Notes: generated by a model not told the origin, from the sequence alone. Positions 36,429-52,400 are shown, counted from the first letter of the whole stretch. The stretch: 63,781 bases of DNA, filler included, from Pelomyxa schiedti (GCA_020536535.1; 12 parts of 12 records of this genome joined end to end with filler, not necessarily neighbours in it); one strand, 5' to 3'. Numbers and translations are program-made.

Positions 36429-37066
36429 ATGATGGACGACTATCAACTGGTCACAACCAACAGGTTGTCCAGGCAACAACAACGCACAACCATTGAACCC
36501 ATAATCGACGCACGATCACAGTTCGTTGCGTTTGCGACTTCGCGGATCGTCGAGAGGTGTGGTGCTGGGAGCCCGGCCAAGTTGCTGTCCCACAATCGGG
36601 CGCTGTGCGAGTCGTTCGGCCGCGACTGGGTCGTCGGCTGCTGCAGGCAGCTCGGCACCACCCTCCGCACCGCCACCGACCATAATGGCAGGCATGCCGT
36701 CGTCCACGTGTTCATTGGCGTGAGTGCCACACTCGGCGTGGCGTCGTGCACGTGGCTGGGCGAGCTCGACCTCCCGCTTCCCAGCACCGGTGTTGCTTGC
36801 GCGATCAGGGGGCGCGTTGGCGATGACAGGTTCGTGGCAAGTGCCCCATGGGGAGCGTCGGGGGTCGTCGACGGCAAGGGCAACCTGGTGGCGATGCTGG
36901 AGGGCCTGCCGATGTCCAACCCGTTTGGGCTTTGGAGGAGCAACGGCAAGTGGCTTGTGAAGGTTGACAACTCTGAAGGCCTCGTTGTGTGGAGGATGAG
37001 AAACGGCGCGCCTGTGTCGGCCAATGGCGTTGGGGTGAAATGCACTTTGCCACAGAGCGAGATTGG
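36429..37066 (+). CDS. Uncharacterised expanded-family protein (F3), 3' truncated
   Basis: DARSQFVAFA..RCGAGSPA..FGRDWVVG..GVSATLGV..VGDDRFV..SNGKWLV..LVVWRMRNG. Confidence 0.7.
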
Positions 37067-37284
37067 NNNNNNNNNNNNNNNNNNNNNNNNNNNNNNNNNN
37101 NNNNNNNNNNTTAATTAATTAANNNNNNNNNNNNNNNNNNNNNNNNNNNNNNNNNNNNNNNNNNNNTCCTTGTTTGGCCAGTTGCCTACGACTTCCACGT
37201 GACCAACACACCACCTCCACCACACACAATTTTCCAGATGCAAAAATTGTTTCGGAATTTTTTCACGACTTTCGCAAACCACTG

Positions 37285-37799
37285 TAATCAAAACTGCCTG
37301 CCACGTTCTTGTTGCTGTCTTTGTGCACCCAGCTGCGCTGTGTGCTGATCATTACCTTCGCTGTCTCATTCTGGTAATAGTCCAGATTCGGCTCAGTCCT
37401 CAGTCTCTCCAATCCCGCTAAAGTCCGCCAGACTTCAGAGCCTCGCGAGCAAGGCTGAGTTTGTGTACTTTGTGGAAGTACACACCACAGAAGCTAACAA
37501 AACAAAAAAATTTTCCCCTTGGAAATACCAACTGCCCACCTTATCGACATGTTGCAGCAACTCAAACCTGTTAAAAACAGTGAAAAAACAATGGCTTTTT
37601 GTGTACTTCCACAAAGTACACAAACTCGGCCTTGCTCACAAGGCTCTGAAGTCTGGTGCACTTTAGCGGGATTGGAGAGACTGAGGACTGAGCCGAATCT
37701 GGACTATTACCAGAATGAGACAGCGAAGGTAATGATCAGCGCACAGCGCAGCTGGGCACACAAATACAGCAACAACAACGTGGCAGGTGGTTTTGATTA
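37285..37799. repeat. Long inverted repeat: 200-bp arms (37285-37484 and 37600-37799) with 115-bp spacer
   Basis: By hand comparison the arms are reverse complements, with about 12 mismatches and no indels. Confidence 0.95.
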
Positions 37800-38301
37800 T
37801 GTGCACACTTGTCTGAGAATCCATTTGAACATCGCGGCCTTTTAACCCAATCACCCAACCGCTCTGCGAGATTTTACACACTCCCTTTTTATCCCTTTAC
37901 ACAACAATGACGAGAACAAACAAGAGAACCCTTTACTCTCTTCACTCTCACTCGTTTTCTTCCTCTGTGGGACTTATTCTCGAGCCCACAGAAGCTAACA
38001 CTTTTCCCCTTGGTAAAACAGCCACTCCTGAAACAGGGGTGGCTGGGTGGCTGTTTTTACAGGAAAGTGATAGGGAAAAAAACAGACTCCCTTTGACCTT
38101 TGGGTGGCGATGACAGGCAACAAGCAAGGCTGAGCAGGCCACAGCAGGGGTGTGAAGACAACGCAAACGATTGGAACTGGTCCAATTGGCAACAAATGTG
38201 TCCCACAATACAAACAGGATTTATTTTGTTTGTGTGCTGTTGTGGTGCACTTTTGTTGTTTTCCCTCTGACTGTCTGGAAATTACCATTGTAATGAAGTA
38301 A

Positions 38302-39649
38302 TTAGAAACTGTTGCTGGCAAGGATTGAAGGCACCTTTGCTGTCAACTCTTTTTCAGTGGTGATGGTGGCAACTGTTGTGCCTGTGACTGTATCAACAAA
38401 TAGGACTGTGTTGTGCATCCCATGACAGTCTGGTTCTCCCCTGCGCAGAAGAAGGAACCCCGCACAACCTGCAATGGCAAGAAAACCAGGAAAGTGCCGA
38501 ATTGGCTCTGTTGGGATGTCAGCAGTGATGTCACACACATCACATCCAATCTGTGGAAGATTGGATTCTTCAATGCACAACAGCTTCTCACTCACTGCCA
38601 GTGGTCTGCCTTTCAAAATAGGAAGTGGCTCTTGATTACATCTATGATCACAGGGAGGATCTAGGTGCACCTGAACAAACCTGTGGTGGAGATACAAGGC
38701 CACAGAATGTGGGAAAAAAATGCATTCAGGGTCATCCCCTGCCAGTTCGCTGTGTTCAGGTGTTGTGGTGTACACCAGAGACCTTGAATGAAAGGTCTTT
38801 GCAGCATCAACGGTGCAAAATTGCCAGTGAAGTTGCTCTGATTTATAATCACAGAACACCAGTGACACTTCATCACCAGCTGAAATATCTCTGTTGAAGT
38901 GTGTGAAGAAGCATTTCTGGGCAGTTAGAAGGCTTGGATGTGGAACAGCAACAGCGTTCAGAACAACTTCTTCATCATCTTCACTGGGATTTCTCAGATT
39001 CCACAAGTACAGCTTCTCAAGGCCAAGGCCAATACACCACCTCTCATTGCAGATGATGGAATCAAACCCATCAGACCCAACCAGCTTCCTCCTTGTTCTT
39101 TCTTTGAAAGTGCCCCCTGAAACCGTCTGTATCCCCAATTCACTAGTTTCCCCTATTGTCAACACCCTCTTCTCGTTCTCTGGATCACCACAACCCAAGA
39201 AAACACCACACAGGAATCCACTGAAAGACACAGGAGTGCCCACCACACCCAGTGTCACTGACACATCGAAAATTATGTGAGTCTGGCACAATGCCCAGCC
39301 CACAGCCACCCTCCTCGCGCAGCAAACAACCCAATCTCTCCCAATGTGTGCGATCAACGTTGGTCCCAGCATACAACAACAGGAAGCCAAAGAAGAAGCA
39401 GTAGGATGTGTGCAACAACTCTCCCCTTTTGGTTGTTGTATGTGTGTACAGTTTTATATTCTCGGTATTAGAAAACACATGTGAGGAGAAGAGAATAAAT
39501 AAATAGGTAGGGATACCGGCAGTCGTCCCACAATTGGGTCTCCTGTTGGCGACGACACACGCAGAAGCGAGTGCGACGAATTGGTCGGTGGCACGGAGTG
39601 CCACGACGACTCTTGCGGTGTCTTCGATTACCGGAATCGAGATGTCCAT
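38302..39649 (-). CDS. Uncharacterised expanded-family protein (F4)
   Basis: RATDQFVALA..PNCG|..IGRDWVVC..DVSVTLGVV..CNERWCI..LYLWNL..FVDTVTGTTVAT. Confidence 0.7.
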
Positions 39650-39733
39650 CACTGATGAGGCTTTTTCGATGGTTTGATGTTCACGAGACAAGACTCCTTT
39701 TTTTTGGCTTTGCTGTAAAGCAGAGGCTACAAC

Positions 39734-40283
<550 letters not shown>

Positions 40284-40336
40284 CTAAGTTCACTTGCGCG
40301 AAATGATGGAGGGAGTTCACTTCGCTTGAATTGAAA

Positions 40337-41350
40337 TCAATGCCCGGTCAAGGCAGAGAGAGTGGCAACCAACACTCCTGAATTGGCATCAATGATTCCA
40401 ATCAGAGTGCTTATTGGTTGGTTTTGGGAGTCATCACTGGATTGTTTTGGGTGAAACACTTTGAGGCTGCAGTCGGACGTAGGAGAGTCCCTTTGTACTA
40501 TGGCATTATCATCAGCGATGGACAACGACCCCGTTTCACAACTCCTCTTGATATCAATGAAAAGAACACAAGGAGAATGGCCCGATTCATGGAGATGCAT
40601 TGTCAGCATGTCGCTATTGCGTTTGGAGAATCCACCACTTGCAAGACTTCCACGTTTCACGTCAAATGGAATTATGGCATGCTGCTCTTGTTGTGCTTCC
40701 CCATTGCGAACCCTCCAGGCATCAATTCCACCAGAACGAGCCAGCACAATCCACCTTGAGTTGCACTGTACAAAAAGTAAATCACTCTTCTCAACTTGTG
40801 TGAAGCTCCTCTCATGCGTGGTGTTGTCACCCTTCCAGGACGGCACACTCACTCTCACGTGCACTTTGTGGTTCCCTGTGATTGTTGTCAGGAACCTTCC
40901 CTCGCCAATGCTCCCTGAAATGTCCCTGTACCTTGGGCACACTGAGCACTGTATCCTCACCACCCCCAGAGTGAATGACATGCACACGAACACTTGGTTG
41001 CTCACAGACTCACTCACAGGCACTTTTAAACCCTCCCACCTGCACTCTCCCACAACCCATTTCCTCCCAAACTCGCTCATAAGAAGCGGACCTACCAAAC
41101 TCACAAATGATAACCCTCCTCCCTCTGCTTCATAAGAGATGGGGGTCACAACAACACCATTGCGTTTACCAAGGGAAAGTGCATGAGTTGATGAGTTCGC
41201 AGTTGCATTGTGGCAGTGCCGATGACGAGCAGCACATGGCACAACAACAAGTGCAGATGCAATTGCAATGAACTGCGATTTGGCCAACAATTTGATGACG
41301 GGCAGCAGCGCTCCTCCGTGACCGTGCCTGCCCCACAGTTGCTTTTTCAT
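40337..41350 (-). CDS. Uncharacterised expanded-family protein (F5)
   Basis: LAKSQFIAIA..FGRKWVVG..CMSFTLGVV..IGEGRFL..CNSRWIV..DAWRVRNG..IIDANSGVLVAT. Start placed at the ATG nearest the conserved module. Confidence 0.7.
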   Translation of the reverse strand: MKKQLWGRHGHGGALLPVIKLLAKSQFIAIASALVVVPCAARHRHCHNATANSSTHALSLGKRNGVVVTPISYEAEGGGLSFVSLVGPLLMSEFGRKWVVGECRWEGLKVPVSESVSNQVFVCMSFTLGVVRIQCSVCPRYRDISGSIGEGRFLTTITGNHKVHVRVSVPSWKGDNTTHERSFTQVEKSDLLFVQCNSRWIVLARSGGIDAWRVRNGEAQQEQHAIIPFDVKRGSLASGGFSKRNSDMLTMHLHESGHSPCVLFIDIKRSCETGSLSIADDNAIVQRDSPTSDCSLKVFHPKQSSDDSQNQPISTLIGIIDANSGVLVATLSALTGH

Positions 41351-41441
41351 TTTACAAAAATCGATACCGGAACCACAAGCAACAGGCCACGTGGAGAAAG
41401 GGAGTGATTTCAGCGAAGTTGATACTTTCCTCGGAACAACA

Positions 41442-43917
41442 ATGATGCGTTGCGAGCACCGACCTGGTACCCATAATGTCGACGTCGAAGATGACAACGA
41501 GCACAAACGGCGGTTGTTCGTTCCGCAACTGATGGCTCTGTGCAGGGTTGTTTGGGAGCACGTCATAATGACCCCTTGGTTCCTGCTCGAGGACGACTGG
41601 TCATTCGAGCTCAGGGCGCTGAGCGTACGCGAGTGCTGTTGGTTGATGGGCGTGGCCGAAGCCCTGTTCCCCCTGGTGCCCCTGGCCTGCCGTGTGGTCG
41701 CGACCACGACGCTGGCTGACGACGACGGGCCCGGCGTCACTCCAGAGGCGACGCACANNNNNNNNNNNNNNNNNNNNNNNNNNNNNNNNNNNNNNNNNNN
41801 NNNNNNNNNNNNNNNNNNNNNNNNNNNNNNNNNNNNNNNNNNNNNNNNNNNNNNNNNTGTTGGTTGATGGGCGTGGCCGAAGCCCTGTTCCCCCTGGTGC
41901 CCCTGGCCTGCCGTGTGGTCGCGACCACGACGCTGGCTGACGACGACGGGCCCGGCGTCACTCCAGAGGCGACGCACAGCATAATCAAGACATCGAGGTA
42001 CTTTGGACTGGAGTGCGCGGGAGTGGCCGGGAGCCAAAAGTGCGCCGAGTGGATTGTCAAGGCACACAGAGGAGGGTCAAGGGACAGCAACTACATCGAA
42101 AACAAAAAGGAGTGCCTTACTGTATTGAGGGGTCTATGCCTTGGTACGTGTGTGACTGTGGGATTCTGTTTGTTATCTCGTGATAGTGTTAATGTATTAT
42201 AAAGTAATATTCATAACTTATTTATTTTATATTAAGAATAATATTTAGTAAAGTTACCGTGGTGCTGATGGCAACAGGAGGTCACATTGGTCTAGCTCAG
42301 AAATTTGTCGATGGTACCAACAGTGTGTTCCCATCTCTGAGGTGGCCTGTGAATGACCCTGACATGCAAGATGATCTCAGAGAGATGGCTGGGGCAAAAT
42401 CACAGAGCTTGCTGCATGCCGCATGCACAGGAGGAAATCTCGAGGTTGTCAAATGGGTGATGTCAAGGTTTGGAGTGGGAAAAGCAGGCTGGGAGCTTGT
42501 GCAACCGTTTGAGGCTGCCGTGAGAAGGGGCCACCTTGATGTTGTGAAGTGGCTCGCATCTTCCACCGGTGCTGTAGATGCATGCAAGAGCGATCTTGTG
42601 CAAAAGCAGTACCGCGGGCAGATCGATCCTCAGGCATTATCATCACTGTTAGCAAGCCCAAATTTGGAGGTTGTGAAGCTCTGCATGGAGCTGTTTGGTG
42701 TACCTGAGAAAGGCAAGGGCCAGGTGTTGACCAGGATCATTCAGTGCTTCCCGTGGAATGGGAGGGAGTTTGATGAAGAATGCTGTGCATGGGTCAAGGA
42801 AACACTTGCAGTGGAGCCAGCTGATCACCCCCCATTGGGTTCCTTGCCGAATTCCGAGAGCCTGAGGTGGGTGATCAACAGTTTTTCTCTCCAACCACGA
42901 ATGTGGGATCTTTGTAATGCATGCAAAGTTGCAGAGGATGATGATTTAATCTCATGGCTTCTGAAGAGCTTCCCTCGCAGCATAGGAGGAGTTACTGGCG
43001 TCACTTTGTGTGATGCATGCAGGAACAGGAAAGATAGTGTTCCAGTGGTCAAGGCAGTTCTCTCAAAGCTAAGGGAACCCCCAAATGAGAGGCTCAAACA
43101 CATGTGCCTTGAATTTTCTCTTGCCAGCAACAACACCCACATTGCTGAGTGGCTGGAAAACACCTTCCACGTGATGGATAATGTAAATTCAGATCCAAAG
43201 ATTTCTTCTGCCAGTTTCTATGGCATCAGCACAGGCAACAAGAACTGCAAAAAAGGTGCCAAGTGGTTTCTGTCAAGGGTAAAACGGCACAACATCACTG
43301 GGAAAAGAGTCTTGTCAGCAATTGGAGCCTCTCTGAAAACCAACATCCCACTGGCATTGTTGTTGCTGAATGAATTCAATGTCTGCTCTCTCAACAAGAG
43401 CCAGGGGTATACCATTGAATCTCTCGTTGAATGGGCAAACCTCTCACAAGCCAAGCAATTCCTCTCACATTGCAACTTCTCTTCAGACTTCGTTGGATTC
43501 GGGTTGTCACTCTGCTGGCGCGTGCAATCTGGAAAGGTTGTCAGGTGGTTGATTGGGCAGTATCATCTCACTGAGGAACAAGTGAAGAGGAAGCACAACC
43601 ACCTGTTGAGCACTTTGATTGCCCACAACAAAACAGGGTGTGCCGAGTGGCTGATTCAGGAATTTCATGTGACAGTGACTGAGGTTTGTGTGTAGTGAGA
43701 TTTATTTTAAAACTGACTCTCATGAAACAAACAGTTTGAGCAGATGGCACACTCTTTGGTTCCAGTCTGGAAACCAGGAACCAAAGTTTCCACATGGAAG
43801 ATGGTTCTGCGTGTTTTCCCCGAAATCACTGCCCTGCGCGTGTTCGAGGCGTTTGCTCTGGAATCACCTCTTCACATGGAGGTAACAACGAGGGTCTCGA
43901 GGACATTATCCCCCTGA
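41442..43917 (+). CDS. Degenerate ankyrin-repeat protein; multi-exon, spans a gap
   Basis: LLHAACTGGNLEVVKWV, AAVRRGHLDVVKWL, SLASNNTHIAEWL, LIAHNKTGCAEWL. The 3' end is approximate. Confidence 0.75.
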
Positions 43918-44146
43918 TCTTGTTTGTGCATAACTTTGGTAATCCAAAGAACTGGAGCTGAACAAGGTGTTTTTTTGAAGGACAGCAACAGTGGTTCCTG
44001 ACTTGTATTCGACGACTGTGATGATGGTCTGATCAACCCAGAATGCTCACACACCATCCAGCAGGTTTCACTGTGAGCTCGAATAAATCATCCTTTTAGA
44101 TTATTTTAATAACTCCCCAGTGAGATAAGAAATTTATTTGTGTCGT

Positions 44147-46280
44147 TCAGAGGAGGAGGGCAGAGTTCAGAGCATTGAGGCAATCAAAGCAGCCTTTTTT
44201 GGTGAGGAACTCGATCACTGTGAGTCCATCCTTCTCCCTCCTTTGTCCCACCAGTGCACCCATCATCACTCTGGCTTGCTCCTTCTTCCTTGCTGCTTCT
44301 TCTGCTGTTGTTGTTTTTGTTGTTGTTATTTCCGCGGCTGTGGTTCGTGTGGTTGCTGTTGATTGTTCCTCCCTGCCCCTCACGGATTCCAAGTCAGACA
44401 ATGAAGAGGCAGCAGAATTAAGCAGAGAAACCACAGAGGTTATCACGGTGGTGTTTCTATACAGACATGCGGCCCACAACAGATTGGGGCACCGCTTGCC
44501 TGGTGATGAAGATTCGGCTGATGGTGGTGATGGTGATAGAAGAACGGCTGGGGGCACCACCCTGGCAACGGCGGTGAGGGTGTCAATGCGGTGTTGTGAG
44601 AATCGGGTGAAAGCAAAGTAGATGGAGTCCGGAGTGGCTCCGTTTGTATACTCACCCACCTTATGCTCAATTAGAATGCTGCTAAGATCATCCACCTGGG
44701 AGACCGGGTGTAAGTAAATTGGAAACAGAATGGCGAGAGGGTAAATATAATTTTTGGTTATTTTTACCGCCATAATATCTAATGTATTGAATAAAGTAAT
44801 GAATTCATTAATTTAATTAATGAGTTCATTTGGCGAATAAAAACACACCGTCACTTTTGCACCACCGGAAACGAGTTCCAAAGCCACTTCACGTTGAAGC
44901 AGGCAATCGTTCTCACTGACCGGAAGTGAAAGAACCGCTCGGATCGGAGTTTCTTTTGTGTCTGGATCTCTCAGGTTCGCGTTCCATCCTGTGGCCAACA
45001 GTGCCTTCAGAATCGGCAGCCGGAGTTGGGTAGCCATGTAGTGGACCGGGGAGTAAACATACTCACACTCTTCCATGAATTCTTCTGGGATTGGTTCCAG
45101 TTGATCGGGATGTTCAAGAATAAACTTCCCAATGGCCGCTTCAAGCTCTCCAGATTTTGTTGTGAAACCGTAAAGGCTGAAATCTTCCCCCATACCGGTG
45201 GCACCCAATGATTCAAGCAATCGGAACATCTCGTCGGATGAAGAACCGAAGAGAATTCCCTCTGGAAGCCTTCCTTCATTGAGCTTTGCAACCTTCTCCA
45301 CCACCCACATGATATTCTGGGCCACGGCATAGGGGATTATCTTGTTTGCTGCCCCTTCCTTTTGTTCTCTGCTCAGCGATACAAAGAGGTCATCGATGAG
45401 GGATTCTATCACTTCTCTTGGGGGTGGTTCTCCACGCCTGGGGGAAATGCAGGCAGTTATTATTTCGGTGTCAATTTGTGCTCCCAGGCTCTTGAAAAGG
45501 TTTATCTTCTCAAAGTACAGAGGAACAGGAAGTCTCCAAGATTCAAGAGAGCCAATAAGCAACTCGCGAAGCAAGTCGGGTGAGAGTTGGGATCGATCGG
45601 CGCGGGCAACACAAGCTCTCAGGGGTTCCGTGGTGCTGCCGTAAATATAACACCTTATCAAGTCTATCCAATCTGTGTCACTGGACGCGGCATCGAGATA
45701 GCGTTTCATTTCTGCCATGTCTATTGGCTGCTCTGGGGGAAAGCGATCCCTGATAATCATTGCCCACGGCAACGGGAAATGGTGATTGCCTTTGATCCTC
45801 ATTGCTTCGTCAAAGTCCCCTCGTCTCAGACAGTTCCGTGTGACAGTGGGTCTGTCAGAGCTCGCGGACTGAGGGCGATACTCAAACCCTCGCGATTTGA
45901 ACAGGTTCCGAACCTCAGTGCTCTGGCAGGCAACTTCTCCCATGTCTGGCAACGGGAAACCCTTGTCAATGAGAAGAGAAAGCAGCTTTTCGTTTTTGCT
46001 CCTGATTTTGAAAAAAAGAGGATTGCTGTTAGTGAACTTGGCGAAAGATTTTGTTGAACTTCTCACCGAAGCACGTTAGTATAGGAGAAGTCCTGAGGCA
46101 AGATCACTTTGGCACCTGCGTTCAAGGCAATGGTTGCAGCATCTGCATTATTTGTTGCGTACAGGCCATGGCTGAACAACTGGTCAGGGGTGCACAATGA
46201 GTTGTCCAAAAGAAATTGAGCAACAGGTCCACAGTTTGTTGCCCACCTCACCAATGTATTCTTGAAATTATCTTTGTGGT
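44147..46280 (-). CDS. Helical/ankyrin-like repeat protein, 5' truncated; multi-exon
   Basis: Long exons with SPVHYMATQLRLPILKALLATGWNANLRD..ETPI and ATIALNAGAKV. GT-AG intron at about 46002-46066. Confidence 0.65.
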
Positions 46281-47727
46281 NNNNNNNNNNNNNNNNNNNN
46301 NNNNNNNNNNNNNNNNNNNNNNNNTTAATTAATTAANNNNNNNNNNNNNNNNNNNNNNNNNNNNNNNNNNNNNNNNNNNNGCAGCAAAGTAAATGTTTCC
46401 AGCAGTGTAATGTATTTAGGCACTACTATTATAGAGAGAAATAAAAATTCATTAGTTAATTTAGCAAATAGTACAATTGGTTAATCAAGTTTAGGTGTTG
46501 CTTCTATTGGTTCACACGTGTTTATAGGTAATTCTGTAAGAATTGTTATTTGCCCTGTAAGTGCATATTACAAAAGCAGTGGCGGAACTCTTGTATAAAT
46601 TATTTTTAGGAGGGCGGAGGCTGCGGTGCCCGTGGCTGGTGTGTTTGATCACTACTCATTTTCTTGTGATGAAAACGGCCCTTAGCCGAAACCTACAGTA
46701 ACAACCCTAACGGTGCTGCGCCCAAGGTGGCTACGCCTCAATGTGACCAACTTGTGCCTCAAATCAAACAACTGGAACTCTCAAAGCCCACGAACCGTTA
46801 ATTAACCAACTGACAATTCAAATTGGTCTCTGCCATTCACCAACTGAAATGTCAGGGATTGCGTATGAGGTGAAGTGCATTGGAGAGGGACACCCTCAGT
46901 TGTTCAAGAATGTACATGGATACCACATAAGTTCCACATTGGATTCACACACGCAAATATCAATCGGTATTTCTGTAACTTTGCAGACCGAATCCCCGAA
47001 GTGGCGAAGGAGCTTGCATTTGACAAAGTGAGGAACCGGCTGCATGCTGTTTGTGGGTTGGTGCTTTGGCGTCATTCTGAGACATTGGAGCAGTTTTTGG
47101 AACCCCAAACAGCACCACCATCACCACTACACCATGGCCCATTGGCACCCGCTCTCGCGCATCTTTTCGCGAACCACACGCTTCACTTTGACCAAGGTGA
47201 ACAACATTGTCATTTCCTCTGCCTAATGGCTATTGGTGCTGGTTCTGGTGCAGATAAAGGCTGAGGATGTTGATAACCTCAGCCTTTGCCAAGGGCTGGA
47301 CTGTTGTGATAATCGTTCAGGGCCTGGACCATATCATTTTTGTAAATGTTGGGACTATCTAAATACACCCACCTGTTGCCCTCATTTGGGTTTTGTTCCA
47401 TCAGCCCAAAAAGGAGTGACTACCAAAAAGCAAGAGTCTGAGGAACAACTCAAGGAATGGGATAAGGCACAACAAAACAAAAGGAGAACGAATGTGCCCC
47501 AATCCCCAAGGATCCCAACAGTATGGGGCCTCAGTCTTTTGGGGAACTCACAGTTCAGGGTACCGAACTGAGTGCAATCAAAGAATTGTTAGGGGAATTC
47601 GGAAACGCTGGAGCTTTGGGGTGATCGTTTTGGGGTTGTACTTTTCCGGAAACAAAAAGGCAGTCGAAAAAACCAATTCGAAACAACATTTTTTTGAAAC
47701 AAACAAACCAAAGTAAACAAGATCCTC

Positions 47728-49273
<1,546 letters not shown>

Positions 49274-49439
49274 TCCCGTCTTTAAGGGCTAAAAGAAATA
49301 CATTACTTCTATTTCTTTTCTTGTTTTCGTGTGTGGTGTTTTCGGTACACAAGGAAATTTTGAAAGGGTCTTTGATAGACGATTGGGGGATGTAATTAAC
49401 TAAGCGTTTTACTTTACAAAAGAGCTCAATATAAAATGG

Positions 49440-52400
49440 TTATAGAAATAAGAAGTGCTTTCCTACGAGGGCCAGAAGGGGGTGGATGAGGAGCGCCAGT
49501 TCGTCTTGGTGTGAGCAAACAAGCTGTATGATAAGTGGGTACAGTTCCACAAGGTGCGTTTGTGTGGAGGCTGTTTCCAGTTGTGTCTGGAGAGACACAA
49601 TGTCCCCCGGCTTTTGTTGCGTGAGGAGACGCAGTGCTGTGCGTGAGTGGGTTGAAAGCGCGGGGGTGAATGAAGATGGATCGGTTTCGAGGTGCTCTAA
49701 TTCAGTGAGTACACTTGTTACTTCAAGCAGTGCAGGTCTGCGTTTGGTTAGTTTATCGAGTTGAAACTCCCCGTTTCCGGGGGCAACGTGGGTCGGATAA
49801 ACCTGTATTGAACTGAATTCGCTTTGTCTGCACTGAGGAAGTTTTGTATTACACTTTTGCATCTTGTGATGACTTGTGGGGTAAAGATATTTACAATCAT
49901 TGGGTGAGTTATAACTGGTTGAAAAATGAGCACAATCGAAAACAGGAAAAATGTTACCTGGAGTACATAACGAAAATAAAGTATGAGTACAAAATTGGGC
50001 CAACTTGGTTCGGGGTATTGGTTGTTGAGATGCTTGCATAAGAAGTTGCAGAAGTTTTTCAATTGGTCGAGAAACACTAGAATGAAAGTTACCACAACAG
50101 GTTTTTACATCGATTGAATATACTTGGGTGACTGTGTGACAACTAATGTCGTGTAATTCTGAACGAGCTCTATGTCATAAGATTCGGTTTCTACCGATTG
50201 GAGGGAAGCTTGCCCACTAAAAAGTACTCATTATGAGGTACAATGGGCTAAACCATACGGAAAGAGAAAGACTTCAACCCAATCACCGACTGCCTGCCAC
50301 ATTAGAGCTAGGGAATCTGGGGGTACACATTCTTGGGTCTCCATTACAGAGGTAGACACCGCCTCAAAGGTAGTCAGGGCCGCTTTCCACAATTGGGAAG
50401 CTGGGTATTGATGTTTGGATGACATAGCAAATCCAAGCACCTAGAATCTTTATTCGGGAACAGGCTAACTGGAATCATACTGCAGCTAGTCGGCCAAATA
50501 GAGACATTTTTACAGTGGGAGAGCTGTTTAAGAATAGGGGAGGTAGCTTCTTCATAACATAAACGGCGAGAGAGGTAAGGTAATCAACATTATACATTGG
50601 TGTTGAATAGGTTCTAGTAATTACGGTTAGAAGTGCAATAGTAGTGGGAGAGTACGGCTCAGATGAGCATCCTAGAGATAGTGCAATGATTCTACACATA
50701 GCCAAGATCCCTTCTTTTCGTACACTATCACCCCCAATTGGTCCTCTTCGTGGTTCATCCTGTTTTTCTCCAAGAGTATCACCTGCATTAGACGCGATAG
50801 ACACAAGGAGCGATGCTGTTGTATTCTGGAGTGGTGTGAGGCCGTCATCGTTCTTGTAATCTTCGAGGTTTGTAAGACATATTTCCAGCAGCAAGGATGT
50901 CATTCTGATCAGAGCAGGAGTCAAGACAAAAAGGAGATGGGAAGGATTCACTTGAGGAGGTCATCAGTTTTCAAGGATAATCCACTTTTAGAGTGTAAAG
51001 CAGAAAGACTATTTGTAATAGTTTGAAGAGGTTTTGCTTTATTGTTCCCTTGCTTTTAGGAGTTAAAGAAAGATATTATTGGTATTGAATCAATACTTGA
51101 TGCAAGTAGACGCCTTCCAGGGATGTGAGAACTTCCCAACTTAGATTCCACAATGTTTCAGGTAACTGTTCAGCAACAATTTTAGACATTGCTGTGTGTA
51201 GTTCTCGAATCGCACACTAGAAAATGCAGTTAGCCCCGTCGGTGCAACATATTAACATACATCAGCAACTTCAACACTGAACCTATCCGCAGTGGAACCG
51301 ATATGCTTTAATACAAATTCCCAGATTTCAAGGAATCGGTTAAGGTTTTTCATAGAATCAAACATAGTCTATGTGACAGTCAAAGTATACTACAATGGGA
51401 TCCAACTAACCAAAAGCACTTTCATAACACCTTCGATGCCTTGAACTATTGTCTGGTCCCATTGTTTTTGGCTACTGTCACGACTGTGATGTATCATCCT
51501 GGAACAACGTTGGCAGGCACCTGCAGACAAAAAGTCTGCGACTTACATGTGTACGGCCTTCCCTGAAGATTCACCCAGCTCTAACTGAATACCCTTTGTA
51601 TCGGCAGTATGGCTGAGATGTTGTATACTTGTCAGCAGGGGAAAAATAATCTACTATGAGTGACTGGTGTGACTAATAAGTTATCCTAGTACCTCCCACA
51701 GCACGGATTCCCATATTTGGGCAGAAAATTTGGAACCGTGCTTTGCCAAGGATTTGAAGAGTGTAGCAAGGGCCCCAGTGCGAACATCATATCTCTCCTG
51801 TGGTGGATTTAGAAGCACAGAGACATAAGAAAGGTCACCAGCAAGGCCAGCTTCTTCAATTCAAAAAATAATTGTAACCATAATGTGGGCAAATCACTTT
51901 CCCCCAGTTCAGAAGCTTCATTAGTGCGCGAGGTTGCTGTTGAAGGAACATCAACTACTTCTGCAATAGATGGTTGTGACAAGGTGGAGATTCCCTTCTG
52001 TACTGGTGTGTGCTGAGCAAGAAAGTCTGCCACGTTCCAAAGAATTTCGCCTAAGCACTGATTATGTTGTGTTTAGCTTTCAGGCTATTACTGGAGGTGA
52101 GACTGATGTTGACCTCAGCTTGCATTCCATATTGACCAACAGTGGTAATATACATTCCAAGACAGCCTTAGAATATCAGGAGCAGGAAGAGGTTACAAGT
52201 AAAACCTTTGGGTAAAAGCGGAAGAAAATCGGAACTTATCAAATGCACACTCGAAAAAGCAGTGGCAATGTATTTTTCGTTTTGCTCTGCCACAGTACCT
52301 AATATTGCCAAGACAAGTGGCCAGCCGTCATGCAATACCTGGACAGAGTTAGTGAACTTAGAGTTCATTTATTTCAAGAACCTGTCCAGAAGACTCGATT

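Noticed and set aside
40337-42067. 576-aa ORF as a single protein
   Set aside because: It reads through an N gap, and its upstream half is antisense to the ankyrin gene.
46664-46705. Hammerhead-like TGAAAA-CGGC-CCTTA-GCCG-AAAC..GTA
   Set aside because: The core deviates from CUGANGA at essential positions and stems I/III are marginal. At most a dead relic.
46849-47571. Short + strand ORFs upstream of the aspartic protease
   Set aside because: No coherent splice path or recognisable domain.
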